From Takakia lepidozioides (lineage: Eukaryota; Plantae; Bryophyta): 64,000 nt of DNA. The stretch lies in assembly GCA_030704615.1 (NCBI GenBank), contig CM060732.1, positions 54,498,001-54,562,000 of the forward strand, given 5' to 3'. The position numbers and the translations under genes were made by a program. Every line of letters begins with the position of its first letter. Positions within the stretch are counted from its first letter, which is position 1. The notes beneath the pieces were generated by a model. The model was not told where the DNA came from. It was given only the letters and a program-made list of their open reading frames with translations, and made no database searches. Positions 11,325-22,476 of this stretch are shown piece after piece.

Positions 11325-14300
11325 GCAGTCCCACCAATTCCAAGGGGGGATGCTACTCGCTCAGAATAAGGAGAGAGATGTGTCTACAGTCAATTTAGAC
11401 ACACAAGCTGACGAAAGCAGATTGGCAAGCACCGGATGCACTCCCAGTTGCGTGAAGAACGTGAACTGGTGGGTGTCTAAGAATGTACGCAGTATCTGCC
11501 TGGCCAACCCATCCAGGAGCTCGTCATTTCTGCGTTCTAATCACAGTCTTCCTCCACCCTCCTACCGCCTCTGTACTTTCCAGCTTCTAGACCATTCTTC
11601 CTCTTTGCAGCCAAATCCATATCTGCTCTCCAAGGTGAGCCCAGCAGCTACGCCCACAGAGGAAGAGACTCGACTCGGCCCAGATCATTTGAAATCAGCA
11701 GAACGAGAACTTGGATTACCAATCAGCTCATCATCAAAAGCATTGAGTGAATCCACTATCCGCACCCACATTCCGAGATCCATCGTGCTTCCCAAGGAAC
11801 ACCCACCAACAGAACGAGACCGTGAACTGCAATGAAATGGAAAGCTAGACGGAAGAGATTGTACTCATAAGACGTTGTTTGCCGTAGCCTTGTGGCCATT
11901 GACCCCGCGCCCAGTTTGAGCGGGAACAAAAGGGACAGAACCTACCTCTGTCAGGGGCTGACGTTGGTAGTAAGACTTACCTCCATATAAAGAATTAATA
12001 TCAGGGGCTAGACGGAAGAGAGACAAAAGGAGGCTGCTTCCCGGCCGTTCATGGCAACTGGACAGTTCAATTCAGAAAATTTATCCACAGTACATATCAC
12101 ATCTCTGCAGTAAGATATGGCGCAGAAAAGATAAAACAGTGTATTAAACAAAAGGCAAGCAAAGTGTGTGCTTTGAAGATTCCAGCAAAATCTAACCGAC
12201 GTGAAGGGATCCCAGTGACAAAGATCAGACACACTGAGGCCAAGAGAGCATATGACGAATCCTGTAAGCTTAATATCCAACAAAGTGGGGAAATGAGTAC
12301 AGTGTAAGATGATTCCAGTAAAATCAGCCACAGTAGAAATCGAGCGCAGTGATTGTAGGAACGGCAGCCCAAAGGCACGTGGGCTGTTAGTCTGCTTGTC
12401 CAACTAGAGCTCTGTAGGTAGTCTAAAAATTGAGGAATTTGTTGAGCAATCTCGGCCGCATATGCGCCCACAAACAGATCTTTGCTGCCCCGTTGGAGAG
12501 AATGCAAAGCCATGAAGATGATGATAGTCAAGCTTTGCTATTTGGGAAAATGGTAATATTCCTTTCTTCCGCTTCTGTGTGTTTGGTGTATCTATCTGTT
12601 GCTACCCAACAGTCGAACTGAATTAGTGCAGTTGTATATTGCAACTGGGCTGCACTACATCCGATGGACTCCTACCAGGAGATTACAACCTTTCTCAACT
12701 TTGTAAAAAGTGAAGGGAGGGTGTAGTAGGAAGTAGGAAGTAGGAACGTAGGTAACAACTTTCACACTCTTAATGAATCTGCATAAAGTTCTGTCAGAAA
12801 GTCAATCACCCCCTGCATCTGTATCTCTTTCCTGGCGATGATTACAATTAATATCTCGATCAAATTCAGTCATGGGCTTGAAGTGCGCTCCTGAGATCGT
12901 CGAAGCAATAACTTACGGCCAATGCATGGGGACTCGGGGAGGATTATAATAAGTTGGTGAGAGGCGATATGTAGAACTTGTAATCTGGAATTGGTATGTC
13001 CGACTGACATCAAGCCGCATGGAACCTGCAGCGTGCACAGGAGGGGAGTGAAGACGCCTATGAAGTTTGCCTACGGTCAATGGATGTTTTAGGGGAGATG
13101 GAGAGGTTGATTTTAGAAATGATAAAGTTTGTTTAACGTTCAGCGGCCTAGCCCATCGAGGGGCAAACGAGGATGGGCCGGATGATGCGTATGTATATAC
13201 GTAGAGTGACTTCAGATCAGTGATGGATCATGGGGCTACAGTAGGCCTAAACACCTAGAATAGAAGTTGACTATGAGTGTGTCTAGCGCAAGGGGCAAGC
13301 TGCACAGATTCCAACGCGGATAGCGCTGACGGCATCTCAGCTCATGCACCACTCACTATCATCGCCCATGTGACTTCGTCCCCGTATTTCGGCCGCTCAC
13401 ACTGGTAACTGGGCACTCCTTCAGCCCACTTGCACATCAATCAAGTGGCAGCCGCAAGGTCTTTGGCCTTGTCCTTGTCTTTTTGTGGGAGCAAGTCCAC
13501 CCGCCCGAGTCGTAGATCTCTGTCTCGTCACATTCAACCGCTTTTCACTTAAAAATTTCAGTTCTCAACGGCCTGCAGCTCTGCCCACCCCAAACCAAGG
13601 GCTCTCATGTGGAAGCGAGTCCAACCTCCTGGTGGATCTCGGTTCTCCCACTCCACAGCTCACACTAAGTTGACTCTTGCATGATTCTCCCATTGTGTGG
13701 GAACTCTCCTGTGTGTGACATAGTCTGATCATGACCCCCGAAATGGCCATAATTCCAAGCCAAATCAACTTAGGAATGGTCAAGGATTACCCAACAGGAG
13801 AAATTTCAGTTTGCGAACCCAAACTAGAACTGCAGGGTGGCACCGCAAGTGGGTAAACTCCACACCTCTGCTCAGATTCCACCCCATGTTATGGCGCTAA
13901 AATCAGGGCACCATTTTTGGATGTCCAAATATAAGAAGACTTGGTGTTCCCCACAAATACGTAGTGAGAAGTTGCTGCGCATGAGAATCTGCTCCCCTCT
14001 TTTTCTGCAAAGAGATCAGTGATCGCACCCACTTCTGTCACAGCCCATGCTCCCCATTCCCTACTTTTACTGTGATCCGTGGACTTCTCTGCCCCTACAT
14101 GTACCAAGAGAGTACGTATTCTTTGCTGCTAGAGAGTAAATATTAGACCAAACACTGATTGTACTACTGTGAATTTGAGATGAAGCCGGATATAGACTGG
14201 GTCCACCTACCCGTGGCATTCACACCCTGACCGTGAGATTAAGTGCCAATGGAATCTGGTGGACTGCTCTTTGTATAGGTGTAGCCTTATACGTCGCTAT

Positions 14301-14640
14301 AACTCTAGTACCCCTCTATCATCTGTTTAAAGCAAGAGTAGATTCAGAAGGACTGCATGTATCAGAAGCACAACTACCTTGAGGATCAATGAAGCAGGGC
14401 CCACACAAATACATGCAGCTTGTCGGGACACATCAAGGTGCTATATTCCAAACATGCAGTTGACTTGTATAACATACCTCACCTGATAACAGATTCAAAT
14501 CAGTCACAAACTGGAAACAGTTTCAGAGGATTCGGAAGTCACTTATCATCTCTCAGACAAGTACACAGGTAATACCCTTTTCTGAATTGCCCAAATTACT
14601 GTGAGATGATCGAAATTACTGTGAATTGTCGAATTACTTT

Positions 14641-14644
<4 letters not shown>

Positions 14645-14677
<33 letters not shown>
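14645..14677. repeat. (AT)n microsatellite
   Basis: About 16 AT units directly visible. Confidence 0.95.
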
Positions 14678-14680
<3 letters not shown>

Positions 14681-14694
14681 TTAAACTTAAGAGG

Positions 14695-15080
14695 TGTGGA
14701 GCTGGGATTCCTCCTCACCTGCTTTTTCGACTTGGATGAACAGAGGAGGGATGTGCTCCAGATGATTTAGGGATGGACGGAACCAGGATGAAGTCTGGAT
14801 GAACTTACACCTTGCACATGAGGATGAGCTGGCAGCAGCTTAGGGCTTTATTATACGCTGTCTTATTCTTACAGCTAGTTTAGGATCAGATTAGGATGGA
14901 ACTGGGTGATGTGGCTTCTTTCTATGGTCACAAGGAAACAACAAAAGAAAAACCTATGTGTATGTGCCGCATGGCGCTAGGATTAGATTATGCCCTAATA
15001 CTATTTAAACCCCTCTGCCGTGACAGGAGGGGTCACAGTGGATTTCATCTTACGTGTGTGCGTACTGAGCGTAACGGTGT
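14695..15080 (+). repeat. LTR copy 1, 3'-truncated and fused to the last ~65 bp of the internal region (15081-15145)
   Basis: Highly similar to 15146-15530; 15081-15145 matches 21795-21859. Confidence 0.85.
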
Positions 15081-15145
15081 TTTGGATAGGCTTCGTTTTT
15101 GTTCAGGAGCTCGCAAGTTCTTGTGGCCCCAACAGGCTTCACATA

Positions 15146-15687
15146 TGTAGAGCTGGGATTCCTCCTTACCTGCTTTTTCGACTTGGATGAACGGAGGAGG
15201 GATGTGCTCCAGATGATTTAGGGATGGACGGAACCAGGATGAAGTCTGGATGAACTTACACCTTGCGCATGAGGATGAGCTGGCAACAGCTTATGGCTTT
15301 ATTATACGTTGTCTTATTCTAACATCTAGTTTAGGATCAGATTAGGATAGAACTAGGTGATGTGGCTTCTTTCTATGGTCAGGCTGGAACAACATCTGGA
15401 AAGCCTATGTGAATGTGCTGCATGGCGCTAGGATTAGATTATGCCCTAATACTATTTAAACCCCTCTGCCGTGGCAGGAGGGGTCACGGTGGATTTCATC
15501 TTACGTGTGTGCGTACTGAGCGTAACAGTGTGCTTGAGTGCTCTTATGAATGTTTTTGGATGTTTGAGTCTGTTGCGTCCTCTTCGGGAGATTCCGTCTT
15601 CTCTGCCAAGCCCCTCTATCGACTACATCCCCCTTGTAGAGCCTTGTCCGGTAGAGAAATGGGAATAAACCCATAGCTCCGGAATCA
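15146..15687 (+). repeat. 5' LTR (542 bp, TG...CA)
   Basis: Begins TGTAGAGC, ends GGAATCA, and is followed immediately by the PBS. Contains TATTTAA and AATAAA-like signals. Confidence 0.88.
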
Positions 15688-15705
15688 TGGTGGAGATGCG
15701 GGGTA
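15688..15705 (+). promoter_or_regulatory. Primer-binding site complementary to the 3' end of tRNA-Ala
   Basis: TGGTGGAGATGCGGGGTA is the reverse complement of the plant cytosolic tRNA-Ala 3' end (TACCCCGCATCTCCA-CCA, recalled sequence) and abuts the LTR's CA. Confidence 0.85.
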
Positions 15706-16772
15706 GAGAATGTCGTTAACAGAGAATTTAGCTTGTACGAAGCACCTAGGGCAGTAGATCGCGTACGGGGATCTGGCATGATTGCAGAGAGAGGAGATAG
15801 CAAAATGGCGGCTTGTGTGTTTCGCGCAGTGAGGGAGAGAGAGAGTCTGTCTGCTCAAGCTTCCCTTTGTTTTGAAACTTTCGTGAGCAAGCGCGATGGC
15901 CTCCAACTCTGAGCGCTGGTGGTTTGAGCTCGATCAATTTGAGGTTCCTCGCATGCGGCAAACCCAGGCGCTTGAATCTCGTTACATCTGTGAACTCGCC
16001 CAGAGCAGATAGTGTTCGTTGATTACCCGGAGGGCGAGCCTCTCCCACGTCCTGAGCTTCCGCTGGACACACCGTCCGAGTTTTGGGCTAAGACCTTCGA
16101 GGAACGCAATGAGGCCTCCAAACCCATACACACCAGAGCGGAGCGCAGGGAGCAGAACTGCTGCATTCACGAGTCTCTTCAAGGAGCCTATGATGCGCGT
16201 CTTCTCCTCAAACTTCATTCCAGGGAAGTTTCTCTACAAATACCCCTTGCTAGTGCTAAGGAGCAGTTGGGACGGGGTGAGACTCTCAGCTGGGCAGTGT
16301 TGGGCATTCCCCAGTTCTCTTTGAGTCGGGAATTGGGTGTCGAGCTTGAAAGCTTCCTGCCGCCTGACAAACCAAGCCTCCTGCGGTTGTGGGAGTTAGT
16401 TAAGGATGGTACCTCTATTCTTCTTGCTAATTTGAGGCCTAGGATTCCGCCCACCCTACTCGAGAGCTCACTTGGGAGGACCGGATCACGGGCATTCCAG
16501 ACACTGATTTTCTCTTTTGTCCAGTGATGTAGTAATTTTCCCAGGGGTCTGCTTCCGTCGGGAAGTGGGGATATACAATGCTGAGGCAACAAAGGAGTAC
16601 CCTACCCATACTCTACTGGTGAAGGAGAAAATCGTGCGCAGCATTGTGCAGGTTACCTTATGGCTCAAGAGTGAGGAAAAGCTGTGGGGATTCTTGGGTG
16701 AAGGAGTGTACTTGCTGCACAAACACCGCTTCATCACCTCTCACTGTATGACTGGCTGGGACTCGCAGCTCA

Positions 16773-17966
16773 GTGCCCCTTCTGACAGGTAGTGGGTACT
16801 TCTTTTTTCTCATGCCTGTTTTCACAAGATCTATGCTAGAAAAGGAGGCAGAAGAGACTATGGGGCTGAGTGAGTTGGAACAACGTGCAACAGAGGAGAG
16901 GGGAGAGACAACAGCTAATGAACCAAAGAACTATAAAAGGGGAGAGTCGTTCGGAGATTTCAAACAGAAGGATCCAGCGGCTGACTCTCCACCCACCTTT
17001 GATGTGGAAGAATTATGCGAAGCTATGGGGGTGATTTCCAATTACCCCCCTCTCATGAAGATGTTGCTGAGACAGACAGAGGCCTCTGATGCTCCCTCTC
17101 GAAAGTCTGAACCTGGCGAGCGAATGCATAAGCAACAGTACCCTGAATTCAACTTAGGGGAAGATTTTGAGTCTTTCTTGGAATTTTTTGAAATCAGTAT
17201 CGAAATGAATGGTGTACCAACAAGATTCCAAGTAAAGTCTTTTCGGATTTGTCTCAAAGGAGAAGCCAGGCAGCTGTTTGAGTCCAACATCAAAGACAAG
17301 CACGATCTGACTTGGGTAGAGGCAAGAGAGTTGGCTCGGAAGCTTTTTCGTGAAGAAAAGCCCATTGCCTATATTATAGGTCCAGATTTAAAGTTTCATT
17401 ATGGTGACAGTGTGTGGAAGTACTACTTTGACTTAAGGACTGCTATCTGTAGGTCGGTTATAATTGCCTCCGAGAGACCAGCTATTTTGAAGCATTGCTT
17501 TGTGAAAGGTCTTCCACCAGCTGAGAAAGTGTTTCTTCAATAAAAAAAATTACACAACTGAGGACGAGATGGTAGAATTAATTGAAAAACGACTTCGCCT
17601 CAAAGCTGCCAAGGCAGGGTTCTCTAAACCCACCAGTGCAAAACACACTCACATGTCCAGTGACAGTAGACACCTAGAGAATACTGATGGGGACCTTGGG
17701 ATGAAAGGCATTGCAGAAGAGCTGGTTCCTTCCATTGTGCATGAGTTGTCATCCTTTCGTAATGAAATCCAGGGCGAGCTCCAGGCCTTCAAGGCCGAGG
17801 TGGGATGGAAATCTGCTGCCCCTGTCCAGCCTGGGTATCAGGGTAGGACTAACATTGATACTCGTTATGAAGCCAAGCTTTCCGTGGTGGCATGCATGAT
17901 TTGCAAATCCACTAAGCACTACACCAGGTTCTGCCCCTTACCAGTCAGACTTGCCTGCTCTTATTG
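16773..17966 (+). pseudogene. gag remnant of gypsy element 1
   Basis: Capsid-like segment EDFESFLEFFE...CLKGEARQLFE...FVKGLPP and zinc knuckle CMICKSTKHYTRFC; interrupted by a stop or frameshift near 17543. Confidence 0.75.
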
Positions 17967-20966
17967 AACAATTGCAAAAAGACAAGCAACAGAAGGGCCC
18001 TTTAAACAAACCAGGTCATCTGTGAAGGTGCCAGATGGCCATAGTAAGAACCCCAAGACTTTGGTAAGTGTCGTTCTCTCTTGTGATTTCAAACTCATGC
18101 ATTGTGAAGCTTCTAGGGTGCTGAAAAGAGCACGCATCCATCCCTCTACAAGTCAAGGCCTCAGCATTGACATTATCCTTGCCTCGCTTGTACGAAATCC
18201 GAAAGTCATAGCCCTGTAGAATCAGAGCCCATCCAGCCAACCTTCCAGTTAGTTCTCGAGACATGAGCAAGGCCTTTAGAGGTAAATGATCGGTCTCAAT
18301 AGTAAAATGACAGCCATGAAGATACTGCCTAAAATATTTGACGCCAAAGATAACTGCCAAGCCTTCTTTGTCAGTGATCGAGTTGTTCTGTTCATGTTTG
18401 TCAAGACGTCTAGAGGCATAGGCTATGGCATATTCCTGTCCATCCTGAACCTGACTAAGCACAACAGAGATGGCTAGATCACTAGCATCAGTTTGCAAAA
18501 GAAAATGCAAGGTAAAGTCAGGGTATGCAAGAATAGGGGATGAGGTTAGAGCAATCTTGAGCTTCTCAAATGCAGAAGTCTCGGCAGTCCCCCATACAAA
18601 ACGTGCATCTTTGGATAGCAAGCGAGTGAGTGGAGCAGCAAGTTTGGCAAATTGAAAAATGAAGCGACGATAGTAGGAGCCCAGGCCTAAAAAGGCTTTG
18701 ACACAGGTCTTATCTTTAGGGATGGGATAGTTCCACACAGCCTGGATTTTACCAAGATCAAGGCGGATGCCAGCAGCAGAAAGCAGATGGCCCAAGAAAT
18801 GGAGCTGCTCCATACAAAAATCACATTTCTTGGCTTTTACTTTGAGCCCTGTAGCGGGGAGCCTGCACACAACCCTCTGTAAATCCAGCAGATGAGCATC
18901 AAAGGTGGTGGAGTAAATATTGATGCCATCTATGTAAACCAAAGCACACTTCCAACGAAGGTTTCCTAAAACGATGTCCATCAGTGTTTGAAAGGTGGCA
19001 CTGGCATTACAAAGCCCGAAGGGCATGGTTTCAAACTGGAAGAGGCCCATCCTGCAGGTGAAGGCAGTCTTCTCTTTAGTAGCAGAGGTCATAGGGACTT
19101 GCCAAAATCCTGATGCTAAATCCAATGAGGAGAAGATCGTGGCACCATTAAGCTGATCTAGAGTCTCATTAATGCGTGGCAAAGGGTAAACATCTTTCTT
19201 GATTATGGCATTCAATCGCCTAAAATCTACACAGAAGCGAGTTGAACCATCTTTTTTCCCTACCAAGACAATGGGATTGGCCCAAGGCGAGATTGAGGGA
19301 GTGATGACACCTGCGTCCAACATTTTGGTAATCTCTTCGTGAATAACCTGTCGTTCGCGCACACACTCTTGGTAGGCATATTGTTTGATAGGCTTACCTT
19401 CAGTGATGATATCATGCTCTAGAATGGATGTGCGACCAAGATCATGAGGGCCCTTGCTAAAGATATCCAGATTGCTACGGAGAAAGACATGCAGTTGGCT
19501 GGTCTGCTAAGGTGTGAGATGTTCTCCAACCTTGATGTCTGGGCAAATCTGCTGATAATGCAGCTCTTGATCTGGGGTCAAGAGAAGACTGGCGGCTGGT
19601 CCGGCATGGGCAGCAAAGGCTTGCAGCTGATCGAGAGGGGAATCCACCAAATCTATGTCTTGGAAAGAGAGACCTTTCTGAACAGAAGCCAACTCAGACA
19701 ATGGTGAGGCGGACAACCTAGCTAAGACTTGACCCTTACAAATGTGAATACTAATGCGTTCAGGATTAGCCACCAGAAGCCTCACTTCGCCCTTGAAACC
19801 TCTATCAATTACTCTGGATGCAATCAAACAATGTTTTTGCAAGGTGAGCTTCTTCCAACCCTCTACTTCCATGTAATGATCTCCAGGCAAGCAAAAGCTA
19901 GACCAGAATGTATCAGACGCTGGGAGAAAGCAGGAATGACCAAGTCAACAGGAGCTCGGATGAGCATTGTATTTTTGGCCACTGGTAGAGGAGGACCAGA
20001 TTTCTTACCTGGCAAAGGGAACTGCCATTGATAAAGGCTGCCCTCTGGGGCTTGGAACTGACTGAACCTGGCCCAATTGTAGTGCTGGCCCACGGTGTCT
20101 TTCATGTGTTCAGCTTGCAATTTCAAACGAGAGTAATTGGCTAAAGAGGTACCAACAGCTAAGGTGACATCGTTGAGGTTTACCTTGTAAGGCTGGCCCT
20201 CACCATTGTGTAACCACATTACATTGCCCATGATGTCCAGGCTGGCCTCTGCCCCATTCATCCAAACAAGGCCAAGCAACAGCTTCTCCCCCAAAGTGAC
20301 AATACAAGTTAGTATCATTGTCTTGCCACTAACACAGATAGGTAGAGTGACCAAGCCCATGGGTTCATATTAGGTTGTGCCATCAGCTATGATCACCTCT
20401 AGGCCCTTCGCGGATCGTAACTTAAGACCTAATATGCGAACAGTGGAGAGTGGTATGGCAGACATGGTACAGCCTGTGTCAATTACACATGAAAAAGAAA
20501 GGTGGCCAATATGACACTGCGTCAGAGAAACAAAAACTCCTGCTCCGTATACTACTCTAGATGATCTTGTTCCTGTTCTTGCTTCCTCATCTACAGTTCC
20601 TATTGAGTGTTACTGATCCTTATGCTCTTTGTCATCTTCTTGATTTTCCTTATGTTCCACCAGATCTGCTGGACTCCTGGGATCTAGTTCAATTTGATGT
20701 TCATTAAGTTTACTACTTGGTACTTGGTAATGATAGAAGGTTGGCAACATGCAGCATCGACTGGCTTTGGCCTTACTTTTTCCTAATCATGATTCTTTAA
20801 AACATAGCTGGTCGACCAAGGGACTGAGCTATGCTTTAAATACAGCCTGTTTGCTTCGTCGTAGGCAGCTAACTGAAAATGAAGTCAGGGTAACGAGAGG
20901 AAAAGAACGGGGGCTACCACTTTCTTCTCGCCTGCACTAACCTGTTGTTGTGTGGCCATAAGTGTT
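17967..20966 (-). pseudogene. Inverted pol segment: end of gag, aspartic protease, dUTPase-like domain, RT and RNase H
   Basis: Minus strand reads CVIDTGCT (protease, ~20470), a dUTPase-like stretch (19967-19713), and ORF 19362-18016 with RFCVDFRRLN, LDLASGFWQV, MPFGLCNA, VYIDG (YxDD mutated) and LQTDASD (RNase H). Confidence 0.9.
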
Positions 20967-21595
20967 GTAGGCATGGATGATCATCTTTACGATGCTCTTC
21001 TCCACAGGTGCAAAGCCGACACCCACCTTAGTAGCATATCCAAGCTCATCATGAGGCAAGTGAACTATCACTTACCCACCCACCGGGAAAGTGAAGGGAG
21101 GTTGTTCAGAGTGAATGCATTGGAAGGTGATATTGCTGTGGAAGTCCCTCCTAGGTCTGCAGTCCCTGCCTTGCTCGAATTGTACCATGCTTCCACTTAT
21201 GCTGGCCATTTGGGTGTCACCAAAACTGTGAAGAGACTACAAGAGCAATATCATTGGAAAGGTTTAGTTAAGGACGTTTCAGCTTTCATTGCCAAGTGTG
21301 TACCATGTCATGCCAAAACCATCCTGCCTAGGACCGAAGCGCCTCTCCCTTTGCAACCTATCCCGGTCACTGAGCCTTTTGCCCAGGTAGGCTTAGATCT
21401 TGTTGGACCTCTCAAACCTACGTCTAAGGGCCATGCATACCTTGTTGTTGCTACGGATTACCTGACTAAATGGGTTGACCTCTGGTCACTAAGGACAGTG
21501 ATGAGGTGGTGCAATTCTTCTTTGATAAGGTGATTCTCCGCCATGGTTGCCCTCTTGAGATCCTCATGGATCAAGGTACAGAATTTTGCAACCAC
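20967..21595 (+). pseudogene. Integrase remnant of gypsy element 1 (HHCC zinc finger and start of the rve core), 3'-truncated
   Basis: YHASTYAGHLG...CVPC, EPFAQVGLDLVGPL, ATDYLTKW. Confidence 0.88.
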
Positions 21596-21859
21596 CCCTA
21601 CAGCTCGACCAGCTCGTGATCAGGCCCTGACATCATCTTCTTTAGCGTAGTTTCCCATTTCGTGCTAGTTTTCTACACCGTTTGTAGCACTTGGGGGTTT
21701 TTTCTATGGGATGTTTTGTCCTCCACCCAGCTTGCAGGGTAAGGTTTTCTTCCCTAGGTTTTTTCATCCCTTGTGTGCCGGGTGTGTAGTTTGTTTTGGC
21801 TAGGCTTCGTTTTAGCTTAGGAGCTCGCAAGTTCTTGTGGCCCCAGCAGGCTTCACATA

Positions 21860-22265
21860 TGTAGAGCTGGGATTCCTCCTTACCTACTATTCTTACAGCT
21901 AGTTTAGGATCAGATTAGGATGGAACTGGGTGAGGTGGCTTCTTTCTATGGTCACATGGAAACAACAAAAGAAAAACCTATGTGTATGTGCCGCATGGCG
22001 CTAGGATTAGATTATGCCCTAATACTATTTAAACCCCTCTGCCGTGACAGGATGGGTGGGAGGTGGTGGATTTCATCTTACATGTGTGCGTAATGAGCGT
22101 AACGGTGTACTTGAGTGCTCTTATGAATGTTTTTGGATGTTTGAGTCTGTTGCGTCCTCTTCGTGAGATTTCGTCTTCTCTGCCAAGCCCCTCTATCGAC
22201 TACATCCCCCTTGTAGAGCCTTGTCCGGTAGAGGAAAGGGGAATAAACCCATAGCTCCAGAATCA
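21860..22265 (+). repeat. 3' LTR with a ~140-bp internal deletion
   Basis: Matches 15146-15687 except for the missing block after CCTTACCT; ends AGAATCA. Confidence 0.88.
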
Positions 22266-22476
22266 GGCTTCACAGAGGGTATAGAAAATTATTGTATCTG
22301 AAAATCCCAAAATATGCTCACATAATCCTCACTTTTGGGTTTACTCTCACCAATATTTTGAGCATCACCAACTACCAACACCCTCAGGAGCTCTTTGAGC
22401 ATCTAACAGCCTCCTATTACTTGGTCTCAGTTTTGGGTCACAACCCAAGTGGTAAGTTATGACCCTCTGCCCTCAT

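Larger units (their letters stand above)
14695..22274 (+). mobile_element. Rearranged, defective Ty3/gypsy LTR retrotransposon complex with three LTR copies
   Basis: LTR copies start TGT(G/A)GAGCTGGGATTCC at 14695, 15146 and 21860. PBS, gag, PR, RT-RNaseH and integrase remnants are present. The outer ends are flanked by GAGG (14691-14694, 22275-22278), or AGAGG if the right end is set 1 nt shorter. Confidence 0.9.

Noticed and set aside
11185-11835. 216-aa + strand ORF
   Set aside because: Antisense to the TNP 5' end/UTR, low complexity, no recognisable motifs.
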